64,000 nt of DNA from an uncultured Rivularia sp. (GTDB lineage: Bacteria; Cyanobacteriota; Cyanobacteriia; Cyanobacteriales; Nostocaceae), in contig OY762007.1 of the NCBI GenBank assembly GCA_963665115.1, positions 4,960,001 through 5,024,000 of the forward strand, written 5' to 3'. This document shows, piece by piece, positions 9,117 through 17,814 of the stretch. The position numbers were made by a program, and so were the translations under genes. How positions within the stretch are numbered: the stretch's first letter is position 1; each line of letters begins with the position of its first letter. The notes beneath the pieces were generated by a model that was not told where the DNA came from, did not search any database, and was given only the letters and a program-made list of their open reading frames with translations.

Positions 9117-9425
9117 ATGTTAAATGAGGCTCTAAGATTAATTAGAGTATTCTACGATTTACCACAGAAGCAACTTGCAGAGAAATTAGGAATATCTAAA
9201 TCATATCTTTCAGAAATTGAGTCGGGAAAAAAGACTCCTACAATTGATTTGCTAAATCGTTACGCAGATTTTTTCGATATCCCAGCATCCTCAATTATGT
9301 TCTTTTCAGAAAGCTTAGAAAAGGATGCAAAAGTAGAAAAACTGAGAAGTTTTGTATCTTCTAAAATTATAGCTATTCTTAACTTTATTGCTGAAAGGTC
9401 TGGTAATTCTTATGCCGAAAAATAA
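9117..9425 (+). CDS. XRE/Cro-C1 helix-turn-helix protein (retron accessory)
   Basis: Strong AAAGGAGG RBS; LRLIR...LPQKQLAEKLGISKSYLSEIESGKKTPT HTH; overlaps the RT start by 14 nt. Confidence 0.9.
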   Translation: MLNEALRLIRVFYDLPQKQLAEKLGISKSYLSEIESGKKTPTIDLLNRYADFFDIPASSIMFFSESLEKDAKVEKLRSFVSSKIIAILNFIAERSGNSYAEK

Positions 9426-10311
9426 GCATACAATATATGAATTAGATCAATCACCTTTTTACTGTTTGAAGTCTAAAGCGAAACTCGAAAAGCTTTTACT
9501 TATAACTAAAAGCAAACTTCAAATGCTTACTAAATCAGAAGATTTGTATCGCGAGAGTAATATTTATGGAAAAAATGGTAAACCTCGTCCCGTACAAAAA
9601 CCAAGACCTGATTTAAAAAGAGTTCAAAAGCGAATTGAAGAGCTTTTAAAACGAATAAAGCTTCCAAGTTATATATATGCTCCTGCGAGGGGGCTTTCCC
9701 ATATTAATAATGCTCAAGCTCATATAAATGCTGTAGTCCTAAGAACGCTTGATATTGAAAAATACTTTCCTTCTACACCATCAAGGCACGTTTATTCATT
9801 CTTCCACAAACGGATGAAATGTTCTCCAGATGTTGCTGGAATTTTAAATAAGATATTAACATTCAAAGGTTATTTACCAACTGGCAGTCCATCAAGTCCA
9901 ATTATTTCCTATTTTTCACATATTGATATGTGGGAATCAATATACGAAATTGTGAATCAAGCTAATTGTAATTTAGCTGTTTACATGGACGATGTAACTA
10001 TTTCAGGTGATGTTGTTCCTGACAAATTGATTTGGCAAATAAAGCAGCAGTTTTATAGCTGTGGATTGCGTAGTAATAAACAGAAAGAAAAATTTTACGT
10101 TGGCAAAAAGTCATCTGAAGTAACTGGAATCATTATCAAAGAAGGTAAGTTAAAGATTCCTAATCGTATACATTGGAAAATGTATAAGATTCGTCTAACT
10201 CTTCATTCAGAAACTCAGCCAAACAAACGTAAGAAGCTGATGCAACAATTGGAAAGTTTAAAGGCATATGAGCGACAAATTCTAATATCAAACTCTGCTT
10301 CATTAAATTGA
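9412..10311 (+). CDS. Retron-type reverse transcriptase (299 aa)
   Basis: NAQAH (retron region X NAxxH), LDIEKYFPS, LPTGSPSSP, catalytic YMDD, VTG (region Y); no intron maturase or endonuclease extension. Confidence 0.92.
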   Translation: MPKNKHTIYELDQSPFYCLKSKAKLEKLLLITKSKLQMLTKSEDLYRESNIYGKNGKPRPVQKPRPDLKRVQKRIEELLKRIKLPSYIYAPARGLSHINNAQAHINAVVLRTLDIEKYFPSTPSRHVYSFFHKRMKCSPDVAGILNKILTFKGYLPTGSPSSPIISYFSHIDMWESIYEIVNQANCNLAVYMDDVTISGDVVPDKLIWQIKQQFYSCGLRSNKQKEKFYVGKKSSEVTGIIIKEGKLKIPNRIHWKMYKIRLTLHSETQPNKRKKLMQQLESLKAYERQILISNSASLN

Positions 10312-10364
10312 ATGTTCAACAGCGGTATTATCTGCATTAAATTAACAAAATAAAAGGATAAAAA

Positions 10365-10592
10365 ATGAACACTTCTATCATTGACGAAGTAATTGAACAA
10401 CTCGGAACCATGCCGCAGCACTTACAATCGCAAGTACTAGATTTTGCTCGTAAACTTGTACAAAACGAAGTTAAAGGTACTCCTGGTTCGCAATTACTGC
10501 GTTTTGCAGGTTCTATTCCTGCTAATGACGTTAAATTAATGAGGGAAGCGATTGAACAAGACTGCGAACAGGTAGATGTCAATAAGTGGTAG
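10365..10592 (+). CDS. Putative VapB-type antitoxin
   Basis: 75 aa, P...Q.QVLDFA..L...GTPG..LLRFAG.I...D...M..AIE pattern; overlaps a PIN toxin gene. Confidence 0.7.
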   Translation: MNTSIIDEVIEQLGTMPQHLQSQVLDFARKLVQNEVKGTPGSQLLRFAGSIPANDVKLMREAIEQDCEQVDVNKW

Positions 10593-10971
10593 GTTCTTGC
10601 TAGATACAAACATTATCATTGCTCTCTTTGCAGATGAAGAAGCAGTTAAAAATAAGCTTGCTCAAGCCAACGAAGTTTTTATTCCAAGCAATGCTATTGG
10701 TGAATTGTGTTACGGTGCTAGAAAATCGGGGCGAGTTCAGGCAAATCTAGCAAGAGTTGATGAATTGATTGCGAACAGTGCAGTGCTTGAATGTGATGCT
10801 GAAACTGCTCGGCAATACGGTGAAGTCAAAAACCAGTTAAGGTTAAAAGGTCGTCCGTTACCTGAGAATGACATTTGGATTGCAGCCGTTGCCTTACAGC
10901 ATAATTTAGTTTTGGTAACACGCGATGCTCATTTTCAGCAAGTTGAGAATTTGCAATCTGTCAATTGGTAA
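10576..10971 (+). CDS. vapC: VapC-family PIN domain toxin
   Basis: LLDTNIII, GEL..GA, P.NDIWIAA.ALQH.L.LVTRD.HF. Confidence 0.9.
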   Translation: MSISGRFLLDTNIIIALFADEEAVKNKLAQANEVFIPSNAIGELCYGARKSGRVQANLARVDELIANSAVLECDAETARQYGEVKNQLRLKGRPLPENDIWIAAVALQHNLVLVTRDAHFQQVENLQSVNW

Positions 10972-11189
10972 ATATTACCGTATAAATAGAATGCAATTAT
11001 TTGATTGTTTTTCGCTGCTTCACAGGTTTTCTCTCACGAAAATAACTAATCAAATACTCAGTCTTATTGATAAGACTTCTGCTATTAGCCCAGGGTTTGC
11101 AACCCTGGGTGGTTTAGGTTTAGAAGGAACAATATCAAACAAAAACTCCCAATTGACTTTATAATAAGTTTCAAGCGGAGAAATAAACC

Positions 11190-11783
11190 TTGAAACTAAT
11201 TTTAGTTGCCCCCGAATCATTATTAACAGCAGCTTTTCAACAACATTTCAATTATTTCCCTAACATCGAAATTGTTAACAACTACTTTGAATGGTTGCCT
11301 GTTTTCGATTGTTTAGTTAGCCCTGCAAATTCGTTTGGGATGATGGATGGTGGTATGGATGCAGCCATTATCAAGTTTTTTGGAGATTCCTTGATGGAAA
11401 AGGTGCAGCAGCGCATCCTTACAGATTATTTAGGAGAGCAACCTGTAGGAACATCAATGATTGTAGAAACAGGTAATCGTAAACATCCATTTCTCGCACA
11501 TACACCTACCATGCGGGTTCCCATGTCTATCGTAGGGACGGATGTTCCTTATGTAGCGATGTGGGCTATGCTTTTAGCAGTGCGTCGTCACAACCAATCT
11601 TCTCAGCATAAAATTAACACCGTTGCTTGTCCCGGTTTGGGTACGGGAATCGGTAGAATTGATTACGATGAAGCAGCCAGACAAATGGCTTTAGCTTACG
11701 ATAATTTTCTTTATCCCCCGAAGCATCTTAATTGTTTTGTTGCAGCTTCCAGACAACTTTTGATTTGGGAAGGTAATGGGTAA
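11190..11783 (+). CDS. Macrodomain (ADP-ribose binding/hydrolase) protein
   Basis: VSPANSFGMMDGGMDAAI, HTPTMRVP, PGLGTGIG macro motifs; TTG start. Confidence 0.85.
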   Translation: MKLILVAPESLLTAAFQQHFNYFPNIEIVNNYFEWLPVFDCLVSPANSFGMMDGGMDAAIIKFFGDSLMEKVQQRILTDYLGEQPVGTSMIVETGNRKHPFLAHTPTMRVPMSIVGTDVPYVAMWAMLLAVRRHNQSSQHKINTVACPGLGTGIGRIDYDEAARQMALAYDNFLYPPKHLNCFVAASRQLLIWEGNG

Positions 11784-11820
11784 TTGGTAATAGTAAATGT
11801 TCCTACCCCAATATTTTTTT
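11731..11820 (+). repeat. Direct repeat copy 1 (3' end of macrodomain gene)
   Basis: 11731-11774 matches 12621-12664 at 42/44 nt; similarity continues through AATGTTCCTACCCC. Confidence 0.9.
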
Positions 11821-11868
11821 GTTTGGGAAGGTGGTAATTAGTAATTTGTGGGAACATTTAATGATGCG

Positions 11869-12213
11869 TTATGGTTCTAACAATTTCTCCATCAGCGTAT
11901 AAATATCGTTTTTATCACCTTCTTTCCGTAAACCTATTCCTACTACTAAAACTATTATTTTCTCAAGTTCAACTTTGTAAATAATTCTGTAGCGTTGACC
12001 TACTGCTCTAAGACTGCGATAACCTAAAAGATAATCGACTAAAGCTTTACCTTGAAGAAGTGGATCTGTTTTTAACTTATTTATGCGTTGGCTCAAGCCT
12101 TTTCGATGACGCTTATCTTTAATACCGCTTAACATTTCTAATGCTAGCGGTGTCAGTTGAATTTCATACTCGGTATTAGCGGGCTGATTTGTATCTGAGT
12201 CCAACTTATTCAA
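11869..12213 (-). CDS. RelE/ParE-family toxin
   Basis: YEIQLTPLA...I..LK.DP...GK.L...L.GYRSLR....RYRIIYKV....I.V.V..IG.R. Confidence 0.85.
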   Translation of the reverse strand: MNKLDSDTNQPANTEYEIQLTPLALEMLSGIKDKRHRKGLSQRINKLKTDPLLQGKALVDYLLGYRSLRAVGQRYRIIYKVELEKIIVLVVGIGLRKEGDKNDIYTLMEKLLEP

Positions 12214-12245
12214 ACTTCCCTAAAATTCAAGCACCTTACAATTAG

Positions 12246-12269
12246 AAATGTACATTAAAGTGTACATTT
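12246..12269. promoter_or_regulatory. TGTACA palindromic operator-like site
   Basis: AAATGTACA-N6-TGTACATTT; related GTAC-core array at 12589-12615 upstream of the antitoxin. Confidence 0.45.
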
Positions 12270-12311
12270 GTAGAAGCAGTATGGGAAAGTCCAAAAATAT
12301 ACTTACTAGAT

Positions 12312-12578
12312 TTATTCAAGTCCAAGTTTAGCTTTTGCTTCCTCCCAAGTTATAGTTTCTCCTCTTTGAGCCTGCTGAATACTTTCTTGCAACTGTTTGC
12401 TGAATTTTTTATCGGAAAGAATAGCTAAAGTTTCCATCATAGATTCAAATTTTTCAAAGCTAAGTGCTGCCATTACTGGCTTACCATGCTTAGTAATAAT
12501 TACTGCATCGTCTTTCAACTCATCGGGCAAATTTAATAACTGCTGTCTAGCTTCTGTAATAGTTAGATACTTAGGCAT
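12312..12578 (-). CDS. Phd/YefM-family antitoxin
   Basis: LTITEAR..L..L......VIITKHGKPV....S.E.FES..ETL.IL. Confidence 0.9.
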   Translation of the reverse strand: MPKYLTITEARQQLLNLPDELKDDAVIITKHGKPVMAALSFEKFESMMETLAILSDKKFSKQLQESIQQAQRGETITWEEAKAKLGLE

Positions 12579-12620
12579 ATTATGGAGCGTACAGAATAAT
12601 GTACATTCATTGTACTGTAG

Positions 12621-12713
12621 ATTGTTTTATTGCAGCTTCCAGACAGCTTTTGATTTGGGAAGGTGGTAATTGGTAATTGGTAATTATCAATGTTCCTACC
12701 CCTACATTTTTTT
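12621..12713 (+). repeat. Direct repeat copy 2 (orphan copy of macrodomain gene 3' end)
   Basis: ATTGTTTTATTGCAGCTTCCAGACAGCTTTTGATTTGGGAAGGT, near-identical to 11731-11774. Confidence 0.9.
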
Positions 12714-12803
12714 ATTTGAATCAGCAGTAATTTCTAATTCATGAGAACATTTAATCGTGAATTAGGTATTAATCAATTCCCAACGCCCAATGCCCAATGC
12801 CCC

Positions 12804-14969
12804 ATGCCTAAATTATTCTGCACGCTATTTTTATTTTTATTAATATATATTCAACCCGTTTGGGCTACGGAGCTTCAACCGCAACGGACTGTTTTAACTT
12901 TAGATTTATTACAAGAAAGGATTGCTGCCCCTATTGTCAATGAAGGAAGTCTGACGGTAGATTTACGGGAGATGGAAATCAATTTACAGCCAGAAAATAA
13001 AGAATTTCGCGATAATTTCTATAAGTCGTTGCAGGATATATTGCAAAAAAATGGTGTAAAACCTGTAGGTTTAGATTTAAGTGACTCTATAATTAGTGGT
13101 GATTTTATTGGTAGTGATTTGGGTTTAAGAACTCCTTTGTATGCTCAAGGGATTGCGCCAATTTTTACTGAAACCGAACAAAGTCAACTCGAACGCTTGC
13201 GTGAAGTTTGTTTTCAGTCGCTGGCTTATTCTGTTCCCAATTCTAAGGATTGTCGTTCTTTGTTAGGAAAAGATTCGACGACTTCGGCACAAATTTCGGT
13301 GTTTCGCGGTTCGTTAATTTTTAAACAAACTCGTTTTAAGGGTAAGTTGGAATTTAACCATACGTTTTTTCTGCAACCTGTAGAAGCAGAAGGAGCGATG
13401 TTTAATGAATCTACAAATTTGACAGAATCAAGATTTAGCCGCCGCGTTAGTTTTGCGAATGCGAATTTTCGCCGTCCAGTTGATTTTGGAGGAAGTGTTT
13501 TCTTTGATGAAGCCAATTTCAAGGAAACCCAATTTAAGAAAAATGCCGAGTTTAAGAATACAACTTTTGAAGATTCCGCCAATTTTTCCAATGCTAGTTT
13601 TCAGGATATAGCTAATTTCAGCCGTGCGCGTTGGGAAGGTACTACAAATTTTTCTAAAGCGCGTTTTCTGCAACAAATTCAGTTTACTAAAGCTAATTTT
13701 CAAGAGTTTCTATTTCTCAAAGAAACTAGTTTTACACAATCTGTCATCTTTCGAGAGGCACAGTTTAATTTACCTGTAAATATGCGCGGTGCCAGTATTC
13801 TCAGTCAAGCTGATTTTAGCGATGCTGTTTTTGCAAAAAGTGCTTATCTCAACGTACCAAGTTTAATTTTTAATTCCGACAAAGCCAAAATTTTAGGTAA
13901 TCCCGGTGAAATTGGTGCAGTTTTACGGGTACCAAGATTATCGGGAAATCAAAATGTATTGCGTAATTTGATTCAAAATTTTCGCCAATTGCAGCAAATT
14001 GCTGATGCTAACGAATTAGAATATAGCAAACAGCGCCTACATTTAAACTATTTAACTCGCCGTTTAGTTGACGCGAATATTAACGATGCTTCAAAAAAAC
14101 GTTTACTCAATTTGGGTTTTTCTAAAATTCAAGCAGAAGCGATAATTAAACGTCGTCAAAATCAACCCTTTCAAGTTAAAAGCGAATTACTGACATTAGC
14201 CGACATCGACGAAGAAACATTTACACAGCTTGCTTCGCGCTTCGTAGTTGGCGAAACTCTTACTCCAGCTAAATGGTTGCTGCAAACATGGAAATGGTTG
14301 GGGTTAAGTTTACTACTATTACTTTCCGGATACGGTACCAACTTTTATTTAGTATTTGGTGTAGGAATAATTGCGATCGCGTTTTTCAGTTTAATATTTT
14401 GGTTAGTCGATCGATTCCGCCGTTTGCATCCCAACCAAATCGTTCCCACCGCTTACGAAACCAGCTGGATGTTAGGAAGTTTTCTTATCAGTACCTTATT
14501 TGGTTTAATCGCCATCTTTCGCAACACACCACAACCATTGTTAACTTTAACTTGCATGGCAGTTATTATCGTACCCTTACCAGGTTTTTTATTATTCCGA
14601 CTTTACCAACAAGGACGCTATCACGATTTAATGGAGACATCATACTTTACCGAAGATGGTACTTTACGACAATTACGGTTATTAATTGGGCGTTTACCCG
14701 TAATACCAAGGTATGAATTATTTCGCGAACGTTATTTACCTTTATTATGGAATCGTCGCTGGAACTGGTTAAATTATTATGATTTTAGTTTGAACAACCT
14801 TTTAAAATTAGGCTTCAACGACGTTCGCTTGCGAGACGAACACCTTCCTGGAATTATCAGTACTTTAGCCTGGTACCAATGGAGCTTAGGTATACTTTAT
14901 ATCACTTTGGTTCTATGGACGCTTTCCCGCACCATTCCCGGATTGAACTTATTGATTTATCTTAAGTAA
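12804..14969 (+). CDS. Pentapeptide-repeat membrane protein with a helix-hairpin-helix segment
   Basis: Signal-like N-terminus, A.F..A.F repeats, NINDAS...L..LG.S...AEAII..R...PF HhH-like motif, several C-terminal TM helices. Confidence 0.8.
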   Translation: MPKLFCTLFLFLLIYIQPVWATELQPQRTVLTLDLLQERIAAPIVNEGSLTVDLREMEINLQPENKEFRDNFYKSLQDILQKNGVKPVGLDLSDSIISGDFIGSDLGLRTPLYAQGIAPIFTETEQSQLERLREVCFQSLAYSVPNSKDCRSLLGKDSTTSAQISVFRGSLIFKQTRFKGKLEFNHTFFLQPVEAEGAMFNESTNLTESRFSRRVSFANANFRRPVDFGGSVFFDEANFKETQFKKNAEFKNTTFEDSANFSNASFQDIANFSRARWEGTTNFSKARFLQQIQFTKANFQEFLFLKETSFTQSVIFREAQFNLPVNMRGASILSQADFSDAVFAKSAYLNVPSLIFNSDKAKILGNPGEIGAVLRVPRLSGNQNVLRNLIQNFRQLQQIADANELEYSKQRLHLNYLTRRLVDANINDASKKRLLNLGFSKIQAEAIIKRRQNQPFQVKSELLTLADIDEETFTQLASRFVVGETLTPAKWLLQTWKWLGLSLLLLLSGYGTNFYLVFGVGIIAIAFFSLIFWLVDRFRRLHPNQIVPTAYETSWMLGSFLISTLFGLIAIFRNTPQPLLTLTCMAVIIVPLPGFLLFRLYQQGRYHDLMETSYFTEDGTLRQLRLLIGRLPVIPRYELFRERYLPLLWNRRWNWLNYYDFSLNNLLKLGFNDVRLRDEHLPGIISTLAWYQWSLGILYITLVLWTLSRTIPGLNLLIYLK

Positions 14970-14970
14970 T

Positions 14971-15044
14971 TGGGGATTGGGGATTGGGGATTGGGGATTG
15001 GGGATTAGGGATTGGTAATTGGTAATGGGTAATGGGTAATTGGT
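14971..15044. repeat. STRR heptamer arrays (GGGGATT / GGTAATT / GGGTAAT)
   Basis: Tandem 7-mers; similar arrays near 16085-16120, 40990-41022, 50040-50113, 50163-50195, 54520-54650 and 62985-63075. Confidence 0.9.
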
Positions 15045-15083
15045 TATAAATTAAAATATTAACTAACCACTAACAACTAATTC

Positions 15084-15890
15084 ATGAAAATCGCTACTTG
15101 GAATGTCAATTCAATTAGAACTCGTTTGGAACACGCTATTAATTGGTTAAAAGAAAGCGGTGTTGATGTGCTTTGCTTGCAAGAAACTAAGGTTGTAGAT
15201 GAACTTTTTCCCCGAGAAGCTTTTGAAGAATTGGGCTATCATCTTTACACTTCTGGACAAAAATCATATAACGGTGTCGCTATAATTAGTCGTCAACCAT
15301 TAGAAGATGTTTCAGTTGGGTTTACTTCGATTTTGCCAGAAGTAGATGCAACATGGGACGAACAAAAGCGAGTAATTTCGGGTGTAATTGATGGCATTAG
15401 AATCATTAATCTTTACGTACCTAACGGTTCTTCAATAGGCAGCGAAAAATATGAATATAAATTGCAGTGGTTGAAAATATTAGGAGATTATTTACAAAAA
15501 CAGCAGAAATCTACACCTAATATATGCGTGTGCGGAGATTTTAATATCGCTTTAGAAGACAAAGACATTCACGAAAAAGCCAAGCCAGCAACTCATATCA
15601 TGTCATCCGAAGTGGAAAGACAAGCTTTAAAAGATAATGTTTTAAGCTTAGGATTCGCCGATGCATTTCGTAAATTCACCTTAGAAGGCGAGCATTACAG
15701 TTGGTGGGATTATCGAGCCGCCGGATTTCCTCGTAACCGAGGCTGGCGCATCGATCATCATTACCTCACACCCGACTTATACGAACGTGCAAAAAGCTGC
15801 ACCATTGATATTGAACCAAGGAAACTAACTCAACCCAGCGATCATACTCCGGTGGTGGTGGAGCTTCAGGAGTTAGGAGTTAGGAATTAA
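15084..15890 (+). CDS. xth: Exodeoxyribonuclease III
   Basis: MKIATWNVNSIR, LCLQETK, GQKSYNGVA, CGDFN, SWWDYR, GWRID, SDHTP. Confidence 0.95.
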   Translation: MKIATWNVNSIRTRLEHAINWLKESGVDVLCLQETKVVDELFPREAFEELGYHLYTSGQKSYNGVAIISRQPLEDVSVGFTSILPEVDATWDEQKRVISGVIDGIRIINLYVPNGSSIGSEKYEYKLQWLKILGDYLQKQQKSTPNICVCGDFNIALEDKDIHEKAKPATHIMSSEVERQALKDNVLSLGFADAFRKFTLEGEHYSWWDYRAAGFPRNRGWRIDHHYLTPDLYERAKSCTIDIEPRKLTQPSDHTPVVVELQELGVRN

Positions 15891-16121
15891 AAACATTTTC
15901 TACCCCCTCTTCCCCCTCTCCCCCTCTCCCCTATCCAATGGGCAGCACAAAAAGAATTGGGTACTTTCCGCACTTTGCTAGAAAATTGATTTTTCTGTAC
16001 AACTAAAGAAGCCAAAATCTTAGATATTAGTTGTTAATTATTAGTTGCTAGTTATTAAGATCGATCGGTTAAAAAAAATACCTATTACCAATTACCAATT
16101 ACCAATTACCAATTACCAATT

Positions 16122-17618
16122 ATGAAATATTCTTTAGCTGCTGACGCATCCCAGGCACGCAGAACAAAACAGGAATTTGCTCAACCTGAAGAACAATTAT
16201 CTTATGAGTTGGGTAAAGCTGTACAGGAATTACCACCGCTTTATACTAGACTTTTAGCGGGGACTATTACTGCGATTGTGTTTGGTTCGATTACTTGGGC
16301 GCATTTGTCGAAAATAGATGAAGTGGCGACTGCACCTGGAAAAATTGTTGCTGCAACACAAATTCGACCTGTAACATCTTTGGGTAATGGCTCTATTGTG
16401 GGGGTGAAGGTTAAAGAAGGCGATAAAGTTGAGAAAGGTGAAGTTATAATTCAACGCGATCCAGATTTGCAGCAAGCGGATGTTGCTCGTTTAGCGAAAA
16501 GTGCTAATTTGATTCGAGAAGATTTGCGTCGCTTGGATGCCGAACGAACTGGTATTAAAAAAGCGGGTAATAAATTACAGGATGAGCTTTTGCAGTCTCG
16601 TTTACAAGATTATCAAGCGCGTCAAGCTGCTGCGGAAGCCGAAGCAAATCGTCAAGCAGCAATTGTAGAACAAGCAAAAGTGCGTTTAACTCGTTTGCAG
16701 GAAAACCTTGCTAACGCCAAAATTACTTTAAACAATGCTAGGGCTAACAAGAGCAATTCTGAAGAACTTCGCGAGCAAGTTGGAAGTAATGTTGCTTTAG
16801 CAAAAAAAAGGGAAAAAAGTTTACGCGGTTTAACTACTCAAGGTGCGGTACCGCGACTCGATTATTTAGATGCACAAGATAGACTCAACCGCGCTAATGC
16901 CGAGATTACCAGGGCTGGAGATCAAATAATTAACGCTAAAACTAAAGTAACTGAAAGCATAGACAAAGTTACATCTTTAGAAAAAGATTTAGCAGCACAA
17001 ACACAGGAAATTAGCCAAGCACAAGCAGCCTTTCAAGCAGCGAGCAGCCAAGCGCAACGCTTAGCTTCGGAACGTCAAAGTGAGATTTTGACCCAAATCA
17101 ACAAGCGCAAGGAAGAATTAACTAATATTACAGGTCAATTAAATCAAGCGCAAAAACAGCAGCAACTTGAAACGATTAAAGCTCCCGTTAGTGGCGTAGT
17201 TTACGATATCAAAGCAACAAAAGGTCCCGTACAAGCAGGAGAACAATTGCTCTCAATCGTACCTGAAGGAGAAGAATTATTATTAGAAGTCAAAGTTGTT
17301 AACCGCGATATTGGTTTTATTGATAAGGGAATGAAAGCAAAAGTCAAATTAGCAACCTTTCCTTTCCAAGAATTTGGAGCCATTACCGGCGAAGTAGCTC
17401 GCGTCAGCCCTAATGCAGTAGTAGACGAGGAATTAGGATTAGTATTTCCTACCACAATTAAATTAGACAAAAATACCGTAGTAGTGCGTGGTGAAGAAGT
17501 TGGATTTACACCTGGAATGACAGCTAATGCTGAAATTGTTACTCGCAAAAAGTCAATTTTAACATTCTTAGTTGAGCCTGTTACCCGACGCTTTAGCGAA
17601 GCATTTTCTGTCAGGTAG
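16122..17618 (+). CDS. HlyD-family type I secretion membrane-fusion protein
   Basis: N-terminal TM, VKEGDKVEKG lipoyl half-motif, long coiled coil, IKAPVSG, DIGFI..GM..KVK..TFPFQEFG, PGMTA.AEIVT. Confidence 0.9.
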   Translation: MKYSLAADASQARRTKQEFAQPEEQLSYELGKAVQELPPLYTRLLAGTITAIVFGSITWAHLSKIDEVATAPGKIVAATQIRPVTSLGNGSIVGVKVKEGDKVEKGEVIIQRDPDLQQADVARLAKSANLIREDLRRLDAERTGIKKAGNKLQDELLQSRLQDYQARQAAAEAEANRQAAIVEQAKVRLTRLQENLANAKITLNNARANKSNSEELREQVGSNVALAKKREKSLRGLTTQGAVPRLDYLDAQDRLNRANAEITRAGDQIINAKTKVTESIDKVTSLEKDLAAQTQEISQAQAAFQAASSQAQRLASERQSEILTQINKRKEELTNITGQLNQAQKQQQLETIKAPVSGVVYDIKATKGPVQAGEQLLSIVPEGEELLLEVKVVNRDIGFIDKGMKAKVKLATFPFQEFGAITGEVARVSPNAVVDEELGLVFPTTIKLDKNTVVVRGEEVGFTPGMTANAEIVTRKKSILTFLVEPVTRRFSEAFSVR

Positions 17619-17814
17619 TTATCAATTATCAGTTATCAATTATCAATTAACAGGCGAACAGTTACTAGGTAGGAGATGGGAGTTTGGAATTAGTAATTAG
17701 TAGTTATAAGTTAGAAATTAGTAGGGAGCAAGATCGCGGACACTACATTCCATTTAATTTAAGTAATTTTCTAATTCCGATCGCTGTTAATTGATAATTG
17801 ATCATTGATAATTC

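Noticed and set aside
9412..10311. RT as a group II intron, DGR or CRISPR-associated RT
   Set aside because: Too short, no maturase/endonuclease or Cas1 fusion, no TR/VR repeat pair seen; carries retron NAxxH and VTG motifs
12741..12803. N-terminal extension of the pentapeptide protein
   Set aside because: Runs through an STRR (CCCAATG); ATG 12804 gives a normal signal-like start
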